A DNA stretch of 64,000 bases from an uncultured delta proteobacterium (GTDB lineage: Bacteria > Myxococcota_A > Polyangia > Polyangiales > Polyangiaceae). The notes below the pieces were generated by a model. That model did no database searches and was not told the DNA's origin. It saw only the letters and a program-made list of their open reading frames with translations. Shown here piece after piece: positions 20,189-30,087 of this stretch (the stretch's first letter is position 1; each line of letters starts with the position of its first letter). Both the position numbers and the translations under genes were made by a program. The stretch lies in NCBI GenBank assembly GCA_963716725.1, contig CAVQUB010000017.1, positions 19,863 to 83,862 of the forward strand. The letters are read 5' to 3'.

Positions 20189-21031
20189 ATGCACCCCGAA
20201 CCCAGCGACCCCGACACCCGCCCCGACGACGCTCCGACCAAACGCATCCTGGTCTGGGACGTCCCGATCCGGCTCTTCCACTGGCTGCTCGCCGGCGCGT
20301 TCATCGGCGCATTTGCCATCGCAAACATTGCCGACGACGAGAGCTCCCTCTTCGCGCTGCACATGTTGCTGGGGGGGGTCATGGCGTTCATGGTGCTCCT
20401 GCGGGTCATTTGGGGCTTCATCGGCTCGCGCCACGCGCGCTTCAGCTCCTTCGCCTTCGGTCCACGCGCGGTCCTGGGCTACTTGCGCGGAGCGCTCAGC
20501 GGGAAGGCCCCACGACACACCGGGCACAACCCCGGTACCAGCGTCGCTGTGTGGGCCATGCTCGCGCTGGCGCTCGGGCTCGCCGTGACCGGAGCGTTCA
20601 TGGGGCGGGTGGGCGACGTTTTCGAGGAACTCCACGAAGTGCTCGCCTGGGCCATGGTCGCGGTCGTCGTGGTTCACGTCGTCGGCATCGTCTGGCACAC
20701 GATCCGCCACCGTGAAAATATCGCGATCTCCATGCTGAGCGGCGCCAAGCAGGGCGACCCCGCCCAGGCCATTGGCTCGTCGCACGCCCTGGTCGGGATC
20801 GCCTTTCTCGCCCTGACGGGCTTGTGGGCCGGCGCCCTCGTCAATGGCTACGACGGAGCCAAGCGCTCGGTCACGCTGGTCGGCGCGACCCTTCAGCTCG
20901 GTGAGGGCGACAAAGGCGGCGACCACCGCGACAAGGGTGGCAAGGGCGACCACCGCGACCACCGCGACAAGGCCGGCGACCGTGGCGAGAGCGGCAAGGG
21001 CCGGAAGGCCAAGGACCACGACGACGACTGA
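20189..21031 (+). CDS. Cytochrome b/b6-domain membrane protein
   Basis: VWDVPIRLFHW, LRVIWG, GHNP, TM His ligands; His/Asp/Lys-rich repetitive tail. Confidence 0.85.
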   Translation: MHPEPSDPDTRPDDAPTKRILVWDVPIRLFHWLLAGAFIGAFAIANIADDESSLFALHMLLGGVMAFMVLLRVIWGFIGSRHARFSSFAFGPRAVLGYLRGALSGKAPRHTGHNPGTSVAVWAMLALALGLAVTGAFMGRVGDVFEELHEVLAWAMVAVVVVHVVGIVWHTIRHRENIAISMLSGAKQGDPAQAIGSSHALVGIAFLALTGLWAGALVNGYDGAKRSVTLVGATLQLGEGDKGGDHRDKGGKGDHRDHRDKAGDRGESGKGRKAKDHDDD

Positions 21032-21123
21032 TTCCTCCTCGCTGCGCCGGGTGTGAGCGCGCTTCGGGGGCGCCGGCCGTTTGCGCGGGCCCCGCGCAAG
21101 GGGTAGCTTCCTAGCCCCCACGC

Positions 21124-21555
21124 ATGTTCATCGTCGACGACCCGATGCTCGCGCTGATCGCGCGCTTCGTGATGGACGCCGATCATCTCGAGGTGTCCAA
21201 CGACCGGTTTCTCCGGGAGCAGGTCCAAGCCATCGAGGAGTATGTCGGTCAGTTTCCGGAAGATCAGCGCCAGAGTCGGGCGCTGGAGTGGATCGCGGAA
21301 CATGCGAAGCACTATCGGATTGCGTGGCAGCGGCGAGTGGTCGTGGACGGACTCACGCAGCGGAGATGCAGCGACTGCCCGCTGGTTCGGGATGAGGCGG
21401 GGTCGCGTTGCAAGATCCACGCGGAGTGGAGCCGCCTGCTCCAGGACTATCTCGACGAGAAAGTAACGTCGCGACGGTACGTGGAGGACGCGCTGCGCCT
21501 CTTGAAGGACAACAAGTCGATGCTGCTGCCCCCGCGGGTCGCGCCCCGGGCCTGA
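21124..21555 (+). CDS. Hypothetical protein
   Basis: ORF with host-like codon usage; CSDC...CKIH is a possible metal site. Confidence 0.65.
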   Translation: MFIVDDPMLALIARFVMDADHLEVSNDRFLREQVQAIEEYVGQFPEDQRQSRALEWIAEHAKHYRIAWQRRVVVDGLTQRRCSDCPLVRDEAGSRCKIHAEWSRLLQDYLDEKVTSRRYVEDALRLLKDNKSMLLPPRVAPRA

Positions 21556-21634
21556 GCGGAGCGGCGCGACGGGCGCCGCCGAAGCTGCCGTGCCCCGCTG
21601 CCCGCGCGTGCTGGCAACGACGAGCACGAGCGCG

Positions 21635-21964
21635 TCAAGCTTCGAGGCGCCGAAGCCGGGCGAAGAAGGTCCACCACAGCCCGTCGATGACCAAGAACGG
21701 ACCGAAAATGTACAGGAAGAACTGCCCGCGGGTCGCGTCCCGCCCGACCCCCGTGGCGAAGAGCAGCGCGATCGCTCCGACGTAGACCGCGATCTGCATC
21801 AGGGCGTACGAGGTCTTCTGAACGTTGTCCCGCTTGCAGTGGCCGCAGGTCACGATGGGGACGAACTTGGCGCGCCCGACCATGTTTCGACCGAAGTTGC
21901 GCAGCATGCCCAGCCAGTACCCGCCGTAGTGAATGCTCTCGTCGCAGTGTGCGCAGCGCGCCAT
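21635..21964 (-). CDS. Small membrane protein with Zn-ribbon-like N-terminus
   Basis: CAHC...CGHC followed by two hydrophobic helices. Confidence 0.6.
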   Translation of the reverse strand: MARCAHCDESIHYGGYWLGMLRNFGRNMVGRAKFVPIVTCGHCKRDNVQKTSYALMQIAVYVGAIALLFATGVGRDATRGQFFLYIFGPFLVIDGLWWTFFARLRRLEA

Positions 21965-22133
21965 GAGTTCCTCGCGCCAATTGGGGGGGGGCCGCAGCGC
22001 GTGCGCGCGCGATCGCTGCTGTCTCTACCACGGCGGCGCGGCGCCGAGCCAGGCGTTGCAAGCTCGGCGCAAGCGAGCCAGGTCCTGCTGCCATGAGCCA
22101 ACATCGAGCGACGAGTGCGTGGTCGTCAGCCGC

Positions 22134-22586
22134 TCAGCGCGCCAGCCAGCGCGCGGCGAGCCCCGCGAAGACGCCCGCCAAGACGTCGTCGGCCATGATG
22201 CCGACGCCCTGCGGTTCGAGGTGCTGCACGCGGTCGATGGCTCCCGGCTTCCAGATGTCGAACACGCGGAACAGCACCACCGCCAGGATCTCCCCTTTGA
22301 TGCCCGTGCCGCGCGCCAAGAGCAGCGCGAGCAGCACGCCGGCGACCTCGTCCACCACCACGCTTTGGGGATCGTCCTCAGCGAGTCGTTCGGCCTCGCG
22401 CTGGGCGGCCCAGGTTCCGGCTGCGGTGATGGCCGCGACCGCCACCGCGTAGGGGATCGGTCCGAGAGCGCGCAGCGCCAGGTGCAGGGGCAAGGCGCCC
22501 AGAGTACCGACGGTGCCCGGCGCGATGGGCGAGCGTCCGCATCCGAACCAGGTGGCAACCAAGCGAGCCGCGAGCGCCGAGTCCAT
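22134..22586 (-). CDS. pgpA: Phosphatidylglycerophosphatase A
   Basis: G..PIAPGT.GT, DPQSVVVDEVAG, LFRVFDIWKP, GIMADDVLAG. Confidence 0.93.
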   Translation of the reverse strand: MDSALAARLVATWFGCGRSPIAPGTVGTLGALPLHLALRALGPIPYAVAVAAITAAGTWAAQREAERLAEDDPQSVVVDEVAGVLLALLLARGTGIKGEILAVVLFRVFDIWKPGAIDRVQHLEPQGVGIMADDVLAGVFAGLAARWLAR

Positions 22587-22644
22587 CGAGCCCGCACGTT
22601 AGCGGGAAGTGCCGTCCCGGGTCACCCCTGCAATGGTTCTCGGC

Positions 22645-22988
22645 ATGAGGGCGGTGGCAATCGGGGTTCTGGGCGTCGTGTTTGCCGTGGCGGCCGCGGC
22701 CTGCGACGGCGAAGGGTCGGACGGTGGCAGCGGCACCTTTAGAACTGCATCGCCGCGAACTGCGACACGGAGATCATCGCCTGTTACGGCACCAACCACG
22801 GTACCGACGACGCGACGGGCAGCTTGTGCGAGTTGATGTGGACGTGCTCGAAGACCTGCACCCGCGGCGACGACAGCTGCCTGGTGAACACCTGCTTTTC
22901 CGCGGCGGGTTCTGGGTGTCAGGCCTGCACCCCGGCCGTCACGACCTGCATGCAGACTCACTGCCAGGCCGAGGCCAATCAGTGCTGA
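22645..22988 (+). CDS. Small Cys-rich lipoprotein, frameshifted at about 22740
   Basis: Signal/lipobox MRAVAIGVLGVVFAVAAAAC. After a 1-nt shift the frame reads NCIAANCDTEIIACYG...CMQTHCQAEANQC* with 13 Cys. Not present as one ORF in the track. Confidence 0.65.
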
Positions 22989-23095
22989 CCTGCTGGGCCA
23001 GACCTCGACAACCCGCGTAGTGTCGAACACTTCTCGCGCGGCCGGGTTTTCCGTTGTCCTCGCGACGCGACCCACCCTACGCTCGGTCCAACGCC

Positions 23096-24664
23096 ATGGA
23101 CCGGACCACCCTGCGCTTCATCGCCCCCGTCATTCCCTTGGCTTTGTTCTGCGCGAGCGCGTGCAACAAAGACAAGCCCACCGGCGCCACCGGTGAGACC
23201 GCGGCTAGCGCGGCGCCCGTCGCCTCTGCGGCTCCGGCCCCGGCAGCGAGTGAAGACTTGCGCGCGCCGGAGCCCGGAGCGGTGTGCGTGGCTAGCGAGC
23301 GTAAGGTGATGGCCAAGTGGGCCAACCGGCGCACCGGCATCACCCCCACGCAGATGGGGGACAAGCTCGCGCTCGGCGTCGGGATCGGCAACAAGCCGCG
23401 AGTGTTCGTGATCGACAAGCAGGGCAACGGCGAGATGATCAGCGTGGCGCTCGCCGACGGCTCGGAGCTCGCGAAGGACATCCCCAAGGGAGAAGGCCAG
23501 CGCGACCTGCAGCGCGTGACGCCGTTCAAGGCTGCTGACGGCAAGGTCACTGTCTACGCGGACTACCGCGACAAGTGGAAGAGCAACCGCCGCCGCATCG
23601 CTTGCGAGCTGGTCGCCAACAAGCAGGTGGTGCTGGCCTTCGACGGCAAGCCGCTGCTCGACTCGGAGGCCAAGGAACCCACGAAAGAAGTCGCAGCGGC
23701 CCCGCCGGCGACCGCGTCGGCGCCGGAGGCGCCGGCCCCGTCCGTGGTTGCGGCGCCGACCCGGGCGCTGCGCCGCCTCAAGCATCCGGGGCTGGGCGTG
23801 GCGGCGAAGGCCGACCCTGCGGCGCCCGACGTCGCCAAGCCCGAGGCGCCAGCGCCAGAGCCGAAACCGGCGGGCGCGGACGAGAAGAAGAAGCCGCTGC
23901 GCGAGATCCGCGATTGCCGCAGCTTCGTCGACAACGACGGTGATGTGTGGGGTCTGGGCACCGAGCTCTACGGCGAGCCGCAGGCCGACGACTCGGTGAA
24001 GTGGAGCATGCGCCTCTTCATTCAGCCGAACGCCAGCGGTGGCTACCACTTGCTCGAGTCGGTTCCGCTGCCCAAAGAGCCAAAATCGCTGCACACCTGG
24101 GAGTCTCCCGCTGCCGCGGAGCGCGCGGACGGAGCCATCACGCTGACGGCGCGCTACCGCGGAACGCTGGTGAGTTTCCTCCTGAACAAGGATCACAAAC
24201 CCACGGGCAAGGCGAAGAGCTATCGCGGGGGTTGGCCCGGCATGGTCGAGTTCACGCCGGATGGCTCGAACCTGCTCTTGCTCACCTCGTTCAAGGTGAC
24301 GGGTGACAGTCACGAGGTTCGTCTCGGGCGCTTGGGGGAGGGGTTGCCCGCGAGCCTCGACAAGCCGGTCTTCGACGCTGTCGACGCCTCGACCTCCGAG
24401 CCGAGCCTGGCCATCGTCGGCGGTCAACGCTGGCTGCTGGTGCACGCGGGCAAGCGGCGCGAGGCACGGCTGGTGGTGCTGCCGGTGGACGAGAGCCTGA
24501 AGCCCACGGGCAAGGTGCACGAGGTCACTAGCGGTGGCACCGTCGCCGACTCGCGGCTGATCGCGCTGGACGGGGGCAAGATCATGGCCGTCTACATCCA
24601 GCGCGCGAAAGACGGCGGCGACGAACTCGTGGGCCAGGTGCTCACCTGCGCTGTGAAGAGCTGA
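23096..24664 (+). CDS. Hypothetical lipoprotein with Pro/Ala linker, beta-rich
   Basis: Lipobox ASAC; long ORF with host-like codon bias. Confidence 0.7.
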   Translation: MDRTTLRFIAPVIPLALFCASACNKDKPTGATGETAASAAPVASAAPAPAASEDLRAPEPGAVCVASERKVMAKWANRRTGITPTQMGDKLALGVGIGNKPRVFVIDKQGNGEMISVALADGSELAKDIPKGEGQRDLQRVTPFKAADGKVTVYADYRDKWKSNRRRIACELVANKQVVLAFDGKPLLDSEAKEPTKEVAAAPPATASAPEAPAPSVVAAPTRALRRLKHPGLGVAAKADPAAPDVAKPEAPAPEPKPAGADEKKKPLREIRDCRSFVDNDGDVWGLGTELYGEPQADDSVKWSMRLFIQPNASGGYHLLESVPLPKEPKSLHTWESPAAAERADGAITLTARYRGTLVSFLLNKDHKPTGKAKSYRGGWPGMVEFTPDGSNLLLLTSFKVTGDSHEVRLGRLGEGLPASLDKPVFDAVDASTSEPSLAIVGGQRWLLVHAGKRREARLVVLPVDESLKPTGKVHEVTSGGTVADSRLIALDGGKIMAVYIQRAKDGGDELVGQVLTCAVKS

Positions 24665-24669
24665 GCGGA

Positions 24670-25098
24670 GTGTCCGTGCCCAACCTGCGCATCCAACAAG
24701 TGAAGGACGTGATGACGCCCTTCCCGCATTTCGTCGACGTCGACCAGAGCGTCTCGGCGGCGCGCGAGCAGATGGTTCAACACGGTGTGGGACACCTGCC
24801 GGTCAAGGAAGACGGAGAGCTCACGGGCATCGTCTCCGAGCGCGATTTGTCCCTTGCTGCGGCGCTGTCCAAGATCGACGGTGTGTCGCTCGCCGAGATC
24901 TACCAGCGTGAGCTCTACGTCGTCGATTTGCATACGCGCATGGACGTCGTCGTCGCCGAGATGGCGAAACGCAGAGTGGCCACCGCCCTCGTGGTTCGTG
25001 ACGGTCGCCTGGCGGGCATCCTCACCGCGACCGACGTCTGCCGTCTGTACGGCGAGCTGCTCGTCTCCCTGGCGCCGCCCGACGACCAGCCGGCGTAG
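24670..25098 (+). CDS. CBS domain protein
   Basis: VKDVMT, HLPV...LTGIVSERD, LAGILTATD tandem CBS motifs. Confidence 0.88.
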   Translation: MSVPNLRIQQVKDVMTPFPHFVDVDQSVSAAREQMVQHGVGHLPVKEDGELTGIVSERDLSLAAALSKIDGVSLAEIYQRELYVVDLHTRMDVVVAEMAKRRVATALVVRDGRLAGILTATDVCRLYGELLVSLAPPDDQPA

Positions 25099-25108
25099 CG
25101 CCTCGCGG

Positions 25109-27019
25109 TCACTGCCCTGCGGAGCGGGTCTCGAGCGCTTCCCAGCGGGCCAGCAGCGCCGTCGACTCGGCTCGCGCCCCCTCGAGCTCGGCCAGAGTGT
25201 GCTGCACCTCCGCCGGCTCAGAGCGGTAGAACTCCGGATCGGAGATGCGAAGTTCGAGGGCGCGCACGCGGCTCTCCTCCGCCTCGATCCGGTCCGGGAG
25301 CTTCTCCAACTCCAGGCGCTCGGCGTAGCTGAGCCCCTTGGGCTTCATGGCCTTGGGGGCAGCGCTCTTCTTGTCGAGCGACGGAGCGGTCCTCGGCGGG
25401 GCGTTCTCCGCTGACGCCTTCTGCGCCGCCGCCGCGAGGCGCCGGTAGGTCTCGTAGTTGCCCGGGTAGCGCACCACGCGGCCGTCCCCTTCGAAGACCA
25501 GGATCGACGTCGCGACTCGGTCGAGGAACCAGCGATCGTGGGTCACGACCAGGGCTGCGCCGTCGAAATCGAGCAGCATCTCTTCGAGGGCGCCGAGGGT
25601 TGCGACGTCCAAGTCGTTCGTCGGCTCGTCGAGCAGCACCAGGTTCGTCGCCGTGCGCAGCACCTTGGCCAGCGCGACCCGCGCGCGTTCCCCGCCGGAA
25701 AGCGCGCCCACCGCCTTTCGTTGTTCGTGCCCGTCGAACAGAAATCGCTCCAGGTAGCTTCGGGTGTCGAGGACCTGGCCCGCGACCTCGAAGCGGCCCT
25801 GATCGCCGATGTTGTCGAAGATGCTCTTGTCCAGATCGAGGCCCGAGCGCTCTTGGTCGAAGTAGGCGATCTTGGTGTTCTGCCCGACCGTCAGCCGACC
25901 ACCGGTGGGCGCGAGCTCACCGGCGATGGCGCGGAGCAAGGTGGTTTTGCCGGTTCCGTTGGCGCCGACGATGCCCACTCGCTCACCCTGTGGCAGGTAG
26001 AGCGTGAGGTCCTGCACCAGAGTGCGCCCACCGAGGTCGAGGCGGAGGTGTTCGAGCTCGAGCACGGTCTTGCCCGAGCGAGTCTCCTCCAGCGCCAGCG
26101 CCACGCGCTGTTCGGCCACCGGAGCCTTGGTCGACTTGGCGGCTTCAGCGCGGTCGATTCGGGCCTTCTGCTTGGTGCTGCGCGCCTTGGGCTGGCGTGC
26201 CAGCCACTCGAGCTCGCGGCGCAGGAAGTTCTGGCGGTTCGCCTCGGTGCGATCTTCGTGGGCGGCTCGCGTCGCCTTGGCTTCGAGGTAGGTCTCGTAG
26301 CCGCCGTCGTAGCTGGTGAGAACGCCGCGTTCGAGCTCGAGCGTGCGCGTGCACACGCGGTCGAGCAGGTAGCGATCGTGAGTCACCAGGAGCACGGCGC
26401 CCGGATGTTCTTCGAGCAGATAGCGCTCGAGCCAGTCGATGGTGCCCACGTCCAAGTGGTTCGTGGGTTCGTCCAGGATGGCCAGGGCGGGCCGGGCGAT
26501 CAGGATCTGAGCTAGCGCCACCCGGCGCTTTTCCCCGCCGCTCATGCTGCCCACGGCCTGATCGCGTCGCGGAAAAATACCCACGTGGCCCAACATGGAA
26601 TCGACCTCGTGGTCGCGTTGCCAACCTCCGTGGTGTTCGATCTCGTGAGCCAGCTCGGCGTGCTCTTCGAGTAGCTCCGGTTTCGGATCGTGGGTCAGGA
26701 GCTCGCCCAGTTCGTCGTAGCGCGCCTTGGCGCGCGCCCAGCTCGCGAGCCCCTCGCTCACGAGCTCGCGGGGTGTGCACGTAGGGTCGAAGCTCGGCGC
26801 TTGCGCGAGGTACCTCACCGAGGCGCCGCGACGGAGCGCGATCTCTCCGCCGTCGAGGGGTTCGAGCCCGGCGAGCATTCGCGCGAGCGTGCTCTTGCCC
26901 GTCCCGTTCTTGCCGACCAAGCCGACTCGCTCCCCCGAAACGATGGTGAGCGTCGCGTCCTTCAAGAGCGGACGCTCGCCGAAGGACTTGGACAATCGCT
27001 GTGCGTCGAGGACTGGCAC
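25109..27019 (-). CDS. uup: ABC-F family ATPase (Uup-like)
   Basis: Two ABC domains (GKNGTGKST/SGGE/DEPTNHLD and GANGTGKTT/SGGE/DEPTNDLD), PKARSTK linker, C-terminal coiled coil. Confidence 0.88.
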   Translation of the reverse strand: MPVLDAQRLSKSFGERPLLKDATLTIVSGERVGLVGKNGTGKSTLARMLAGLEPLDGGEIALRRGASVRYLAQAPSFDPTCTPRELVSEGLASWARAKARYDELGELLTHDPKPELLEEHAELAHEIEHHGGWQRDHEVDSMLGHVGIFPRRDQAVGSMSGGEKRRVALAQILIARPALAILDEPTNHLDVGTIDWLERYLLEEHPGAVLLVTHDRYLLDRVCTRTLELERGVLTSYDGGYETYLEAKATRAAHEDRTEANRQNFLRRELEWLARQPKARSTKQKARIDRAEAAKSTKAPVAEQRVALALEETRSGKTVLELEHLRLDLGGRTLVQDLTLYLPQGERVGIVGANGTGKTTLLRAIAGELAPTGGRLTVGQNTKIAYFDQERSGLDLDKSIFDNIGDQGRFEVAGQVLDTRSYLERFLFDGHEQRKAVGALSGGERARVALAKVLRTATNLVLLDEPTNDLDVATLGALEEMLLDFDGAALVVTHDRWFLDRVATSILVFEGDGRVVRYPGNYETYRRLAAAAQKASAENAPPRTAPSLDKKSAAPKAMKPKGLSYAERLELEKLPDRIEAEESRVRALELRISDPEFYRSEPAEVQHTLAELEGARAESTALLARWEALETRSAGQ

Positions 27020-27150
27020 CGGCGACGCAGGCTAGCAGCGCGCGGGCTGGACTGCGGCGAAGATGCTGAAAATCGCTCATGGGTTGCCCGACCCCCGCTC
27101 CCGAGGCAGGCTCCCGCGACGCGTCGCCGTCCGGCGCGAGGAGCGAGCAC

Positions 27151-29043
27151 ATGGTTCGGTTTCGTTGGCTCTACCCGAGCGTCATCACGTTGGGCGTCGT
27201 CGCCTGTGGCAGCGACAGCGGAGGGGGTGGCCCTGCTGCCGCTCCCGACATCATCGACATCGTCGCCGATGCGAATCGAGACGGGGTGGTCGACGAAAAA
27301 ACGGACCAAGAGCGCGAGAACGAATGGGACATGAAGGTGGGCGCGTCGTTCATCGCCAACCTCGACGACGACGACATGGACGGCAAACGCGACTGCGAGG
27401 ACGAGGTCATCAACGGACCAGCCGACCTCGCTGACCTCGCGCTCTTCCGGGTGAGCGCCTGGCCCACTGCGGCGGCCGACGCCGAGGGCGTCGTCAGCAT
27501 CGATCCCGAGGCTGCGGAGAGTGTTCGCATCTTCCGCGACAACCCCGACGGCACCCAGTCTCTGGTGCTCGGCAGCAAGGGACCCTGCACCTCCGCCGCC
27601 GACTGCACTTACGCGCTCGAATACCGCTTTCCCCAGGCCGAGGTCGTCACCGGGGTCACCTTCAGGATCGAGGGGCGCCGTTTCAAGGGCATGCCCATGC
27701 CGAGCCTCGAGCCCCAGGACGACGGAAAGAAATCACTATGGACCGGCGTGGTCGACGTCGCTTACTCGGTCGCCAAGGTGGGCACGGGCGAGCGCTACGC
27801 CACCAAAGACGTGCCCGACGGATTCGATCGCCTGAAGCTCCGCGTCGCGCCCTGGCTGATGTTCGGCAGCATGGGCCTGCATGACATCCTGTACTCGTCG
27901 TCGGCGTCCCCAGCGCTGGTCGAGGGCAACGCGGCAGCGGCCCAAGCTGCGAGCATCACCTACAACCCGTACCCCACCAGCCCCAACCAACCCGCTGGCT
28001 GGACGGACATCTGGACGGAGGACTTCTTCCAGACCGGCTGGACCGGCTTTCCGGGCCCGAACGGCACCGTTGTCGGGATGCGCATCTACAACCCGCGCCC
28101 CTGGGGTCGGCCTCCGCAGAACGCGACGCCCGAGGTCATGAAGGACTACCACCCCACACGTTGGATCTGGGGCAACCCGGAGAAGGGCCGGCCTGCCGCC
28201 GTGCTCGGGCCGGATCGCGGCGCCGCGGAGTTCTATAACTCGCAGAACTTCCAGTCGGGGAACACCCAAGACTCCCACGGCAACCACGATCTGGTGCCGC
28301 CGCACAAAGACTACCGGATGGGACGCATCATCCACGGCAACAAGGTGATGCAGAGTACTCAGGACTTCTACGTCGCCCAGGGTCTGCAAGGCCCGCCCAT
28401 CGTGCTCGACACGACCTGGCTCGCGGTCGAGCACGTCGACGAGTTCTTCCACTGGGTTCCGGCTGCCACGCCTCTCGGCTGGAAGCTACTCGTGGCGTCA
28501 CCCGGGCTGATGACCAAGATGTTGCAAGACTTTGCCGCCAAGGGCAGCGGATCGGCGACGCTGCACTCGGGCACCGGTGGCAACTTCGAAAAGACGGTCT
28601 CCGCCGCCCTGGCCGACACCCAGCTCATGCAGTGGAGTCAGCTTGCCGACACCAAGATCCAAGGCCACATCGAGATCATGAAGGCCGAGACCGGCATCAC
28701 GGATGCCGACATCATCGAGATCCCGACCTGGTTCGAAGATCTGGGCAACAACGAGAAGGTCGCCTGGAACCCCGGCATGGTGAACATGCGCCTGCTGGGC
28801 AACGTCGCCGACATCGCCAGGCCCTTCGGCCCGGACATCGGCGGCAAGGACCCCTTCGAAGAAGACATCCGAGAGCGACTCGGGACGCCGGCCAGTCAGC
28901 TGGGGTCCGACGGTCAGGGTCTGAAGATCTTCTTCACCGACGATTGGTTCTATCACGAGGCGTTGGGTGAGGTTCACTGCGCCACGAACGAGAGCGCTCC
29001 GGCGCCCTATGCTGCTGGCTTCTGGTGGGAGAGTGGAAAATGA
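27151..29043 (+). CDS. Protein-arginine deiminase (PAD) family lipoprotein
   Basis: Lipobox VVAC; ADANRDG, NLDDDD, RVAPW, WTED, DSHGN, HVDEF, GEVHCATN. Confidence 0.88.
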   Translation: MVRFRWLYPSVITLGVVACGSDSGGGGPAAAPDIIDIVADANRDGVVDEKTDQERENEWDMKVGASFIANLDDDDMDGKRDCEDEVINGPADLADLALFRVSAWPTAAADAEGVVSIDPEAAESVRIFRDNPDGTQSLVLGSKGPCTSAADCTYALEYRFPQAEVVTGVTFRIEGRRFKGMPMPSLEPQDDGKKSLWTGVVDVAYSVAKVGTGERYATKDVPDGFDRLKLRVAPWLMFGSMGLHDILYSSSASPALVEGNAAAAQAASITYNPYPTSPNQPAGWTDIWTEDFFQTGWTGFPGPNGTVVGMRIYNPRPWGRPPQNATPEVMKDYHPTRWIWGNPEKGRPAAVLGPDRGAAEFYNSQNFQSGNTQDSHGNHDLVPPHKDYRMGRIIHGNKVMQSTQDFYVAQGLQGPPIVLDTTWLAVEHVDEFFHWVPAATPLGWKLLVASPGLMTKMLQDFAAKGSGSATLHSGTGGNFEKTVSAALADTQLMQWSQLADTKIQGHIEIMKAETGITDADIIEIPTWFEDLGNNEKVAWNPGMVNMRLLGNVADIARPFGPDIGGKDPFEEDIRERLGTPASQLGSDGQGLKIFFTDDWFYHEALGEVHCATNESAPAPYAAGFWWESGK

Positions 29044-29984
29044 GCGCGCTTCGTAAGTTGTTGGTGTCATCGATCCTCGGAAGCGCGCTCTTGGTCGCAC
29101 CGTCCGCGTTCGCCGATGGCATCAGCATCGCGGCCTCCGCGTTGCCGAACGAGACGCGCGCGAAGCTCGAGAACGACATCGCCGCCGCCAAGGCCTCACA
29201 GCCCAAGGCCTTCGTCGCCGTGAAGAACCTGAAGGGACATCGCCCCGAGCACTACGGCAAGAATCGCAACCCCTTCCCGACGGTCAGCCGAGAGCTGCGG
29301 GGGCTGGGCGCGCCGGCGCTGTTGCCCATGCTCGAGGCCCTGGCCTTCACGGCTCCCGATCGCGGCCAGCTCTCGGACGCGGAGTGGGACGCCCTCGCCA
29401 TTGGCATGCTCGAGGCCGTCGGCGTGATCAAAGACGCCCGCGCCGGCGCGGTGGTCGGCGCCATCTTCGAGTCGAGCTCGGTTCGCCCGGCGGTGCGCCT
29501 GGCGGCGGCGCGCGCGGCGGGTCGTCTGGGCGGCGACGCTCAGCTCGCGCTCCTCACCGGTCACGCCAAGAGCGGTGACTCGCTCCAGCTCGCGGCCGTC
29601 CACGGCTTGGGCGAGATGATGCGGCTCGAGGCCGCCAAGCATGTTGCCCAGATCTTGGGCAGCACCAAAGACGCCGCTGTCGCCGAAGCGGCCGCGACGG
29701 CACTCGGGACCCTGGGCTCGAGCTGGGGTTGGAAATCGCTGGGACCCAAGGCCGCAGCCATGGGCCTCGAGGTTCGCAAGCTGTGCGCGAACGCGCTGGT
29801 GCCCCGGGCGCTTCGCGGCAAGCAGAGCCTGCGCAAAGCGGCGGCCGAGTCCGTGATGATGGTGGAGCACCCGGCGACGCTGGATCTGCTCCGCGCCGAG
29901 CGAGCCGCGCCGGGAGTGGACGCGCGGGAGGTCGATGCCCTGATCGCCAAGGTCGAGCGCCAGCAGAAGCGCGCGCCCAAGTAG
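29040..29984 (+). CDS. Exported alpha-helical (HEAT-repeat-like) protein
   Basis: Signal peptide ending AFA; repeated AA..LG.LG units; overlaps the PAD stop codon. Confidence 0.65.
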   Translation: MSALRKLLVSSILGSALLVAPSAFADGISIAASALPNETRAKLENDIAAAKASQPKAFVAVKNLKGHRPEHYGKNRNPFPTVSRELRGLGAPALLPMLEALAFTAPDRGQLSDAEWDALAIGMLEAVGVIKDARAGAVVGAIFESSSVRPAVRLAAARAAGRLGGDAQLALLTGHAKSGDSLQLAAVHGLGEMMRLEAAKHVAQILGSTKDAAVAEAAATALGTLGSSWGWKSLGPKAAAMGLEVRKLCANALVPRALRGKQSLRKAAAESVMMVEHPATLDLLRAERAAPGVDAREVDALIAKVERQQKRAPK

Positions 29985-30087
29985 TCGATCAAGGCGCGTT
30001 TTTTGACATTTTGCGGCCCCGCGCCGTATCCCTTCGAGGTTGATACGGTGGCAGGCTCGGCGTCGTCTGCGCGGAGGGGGAACCTAG

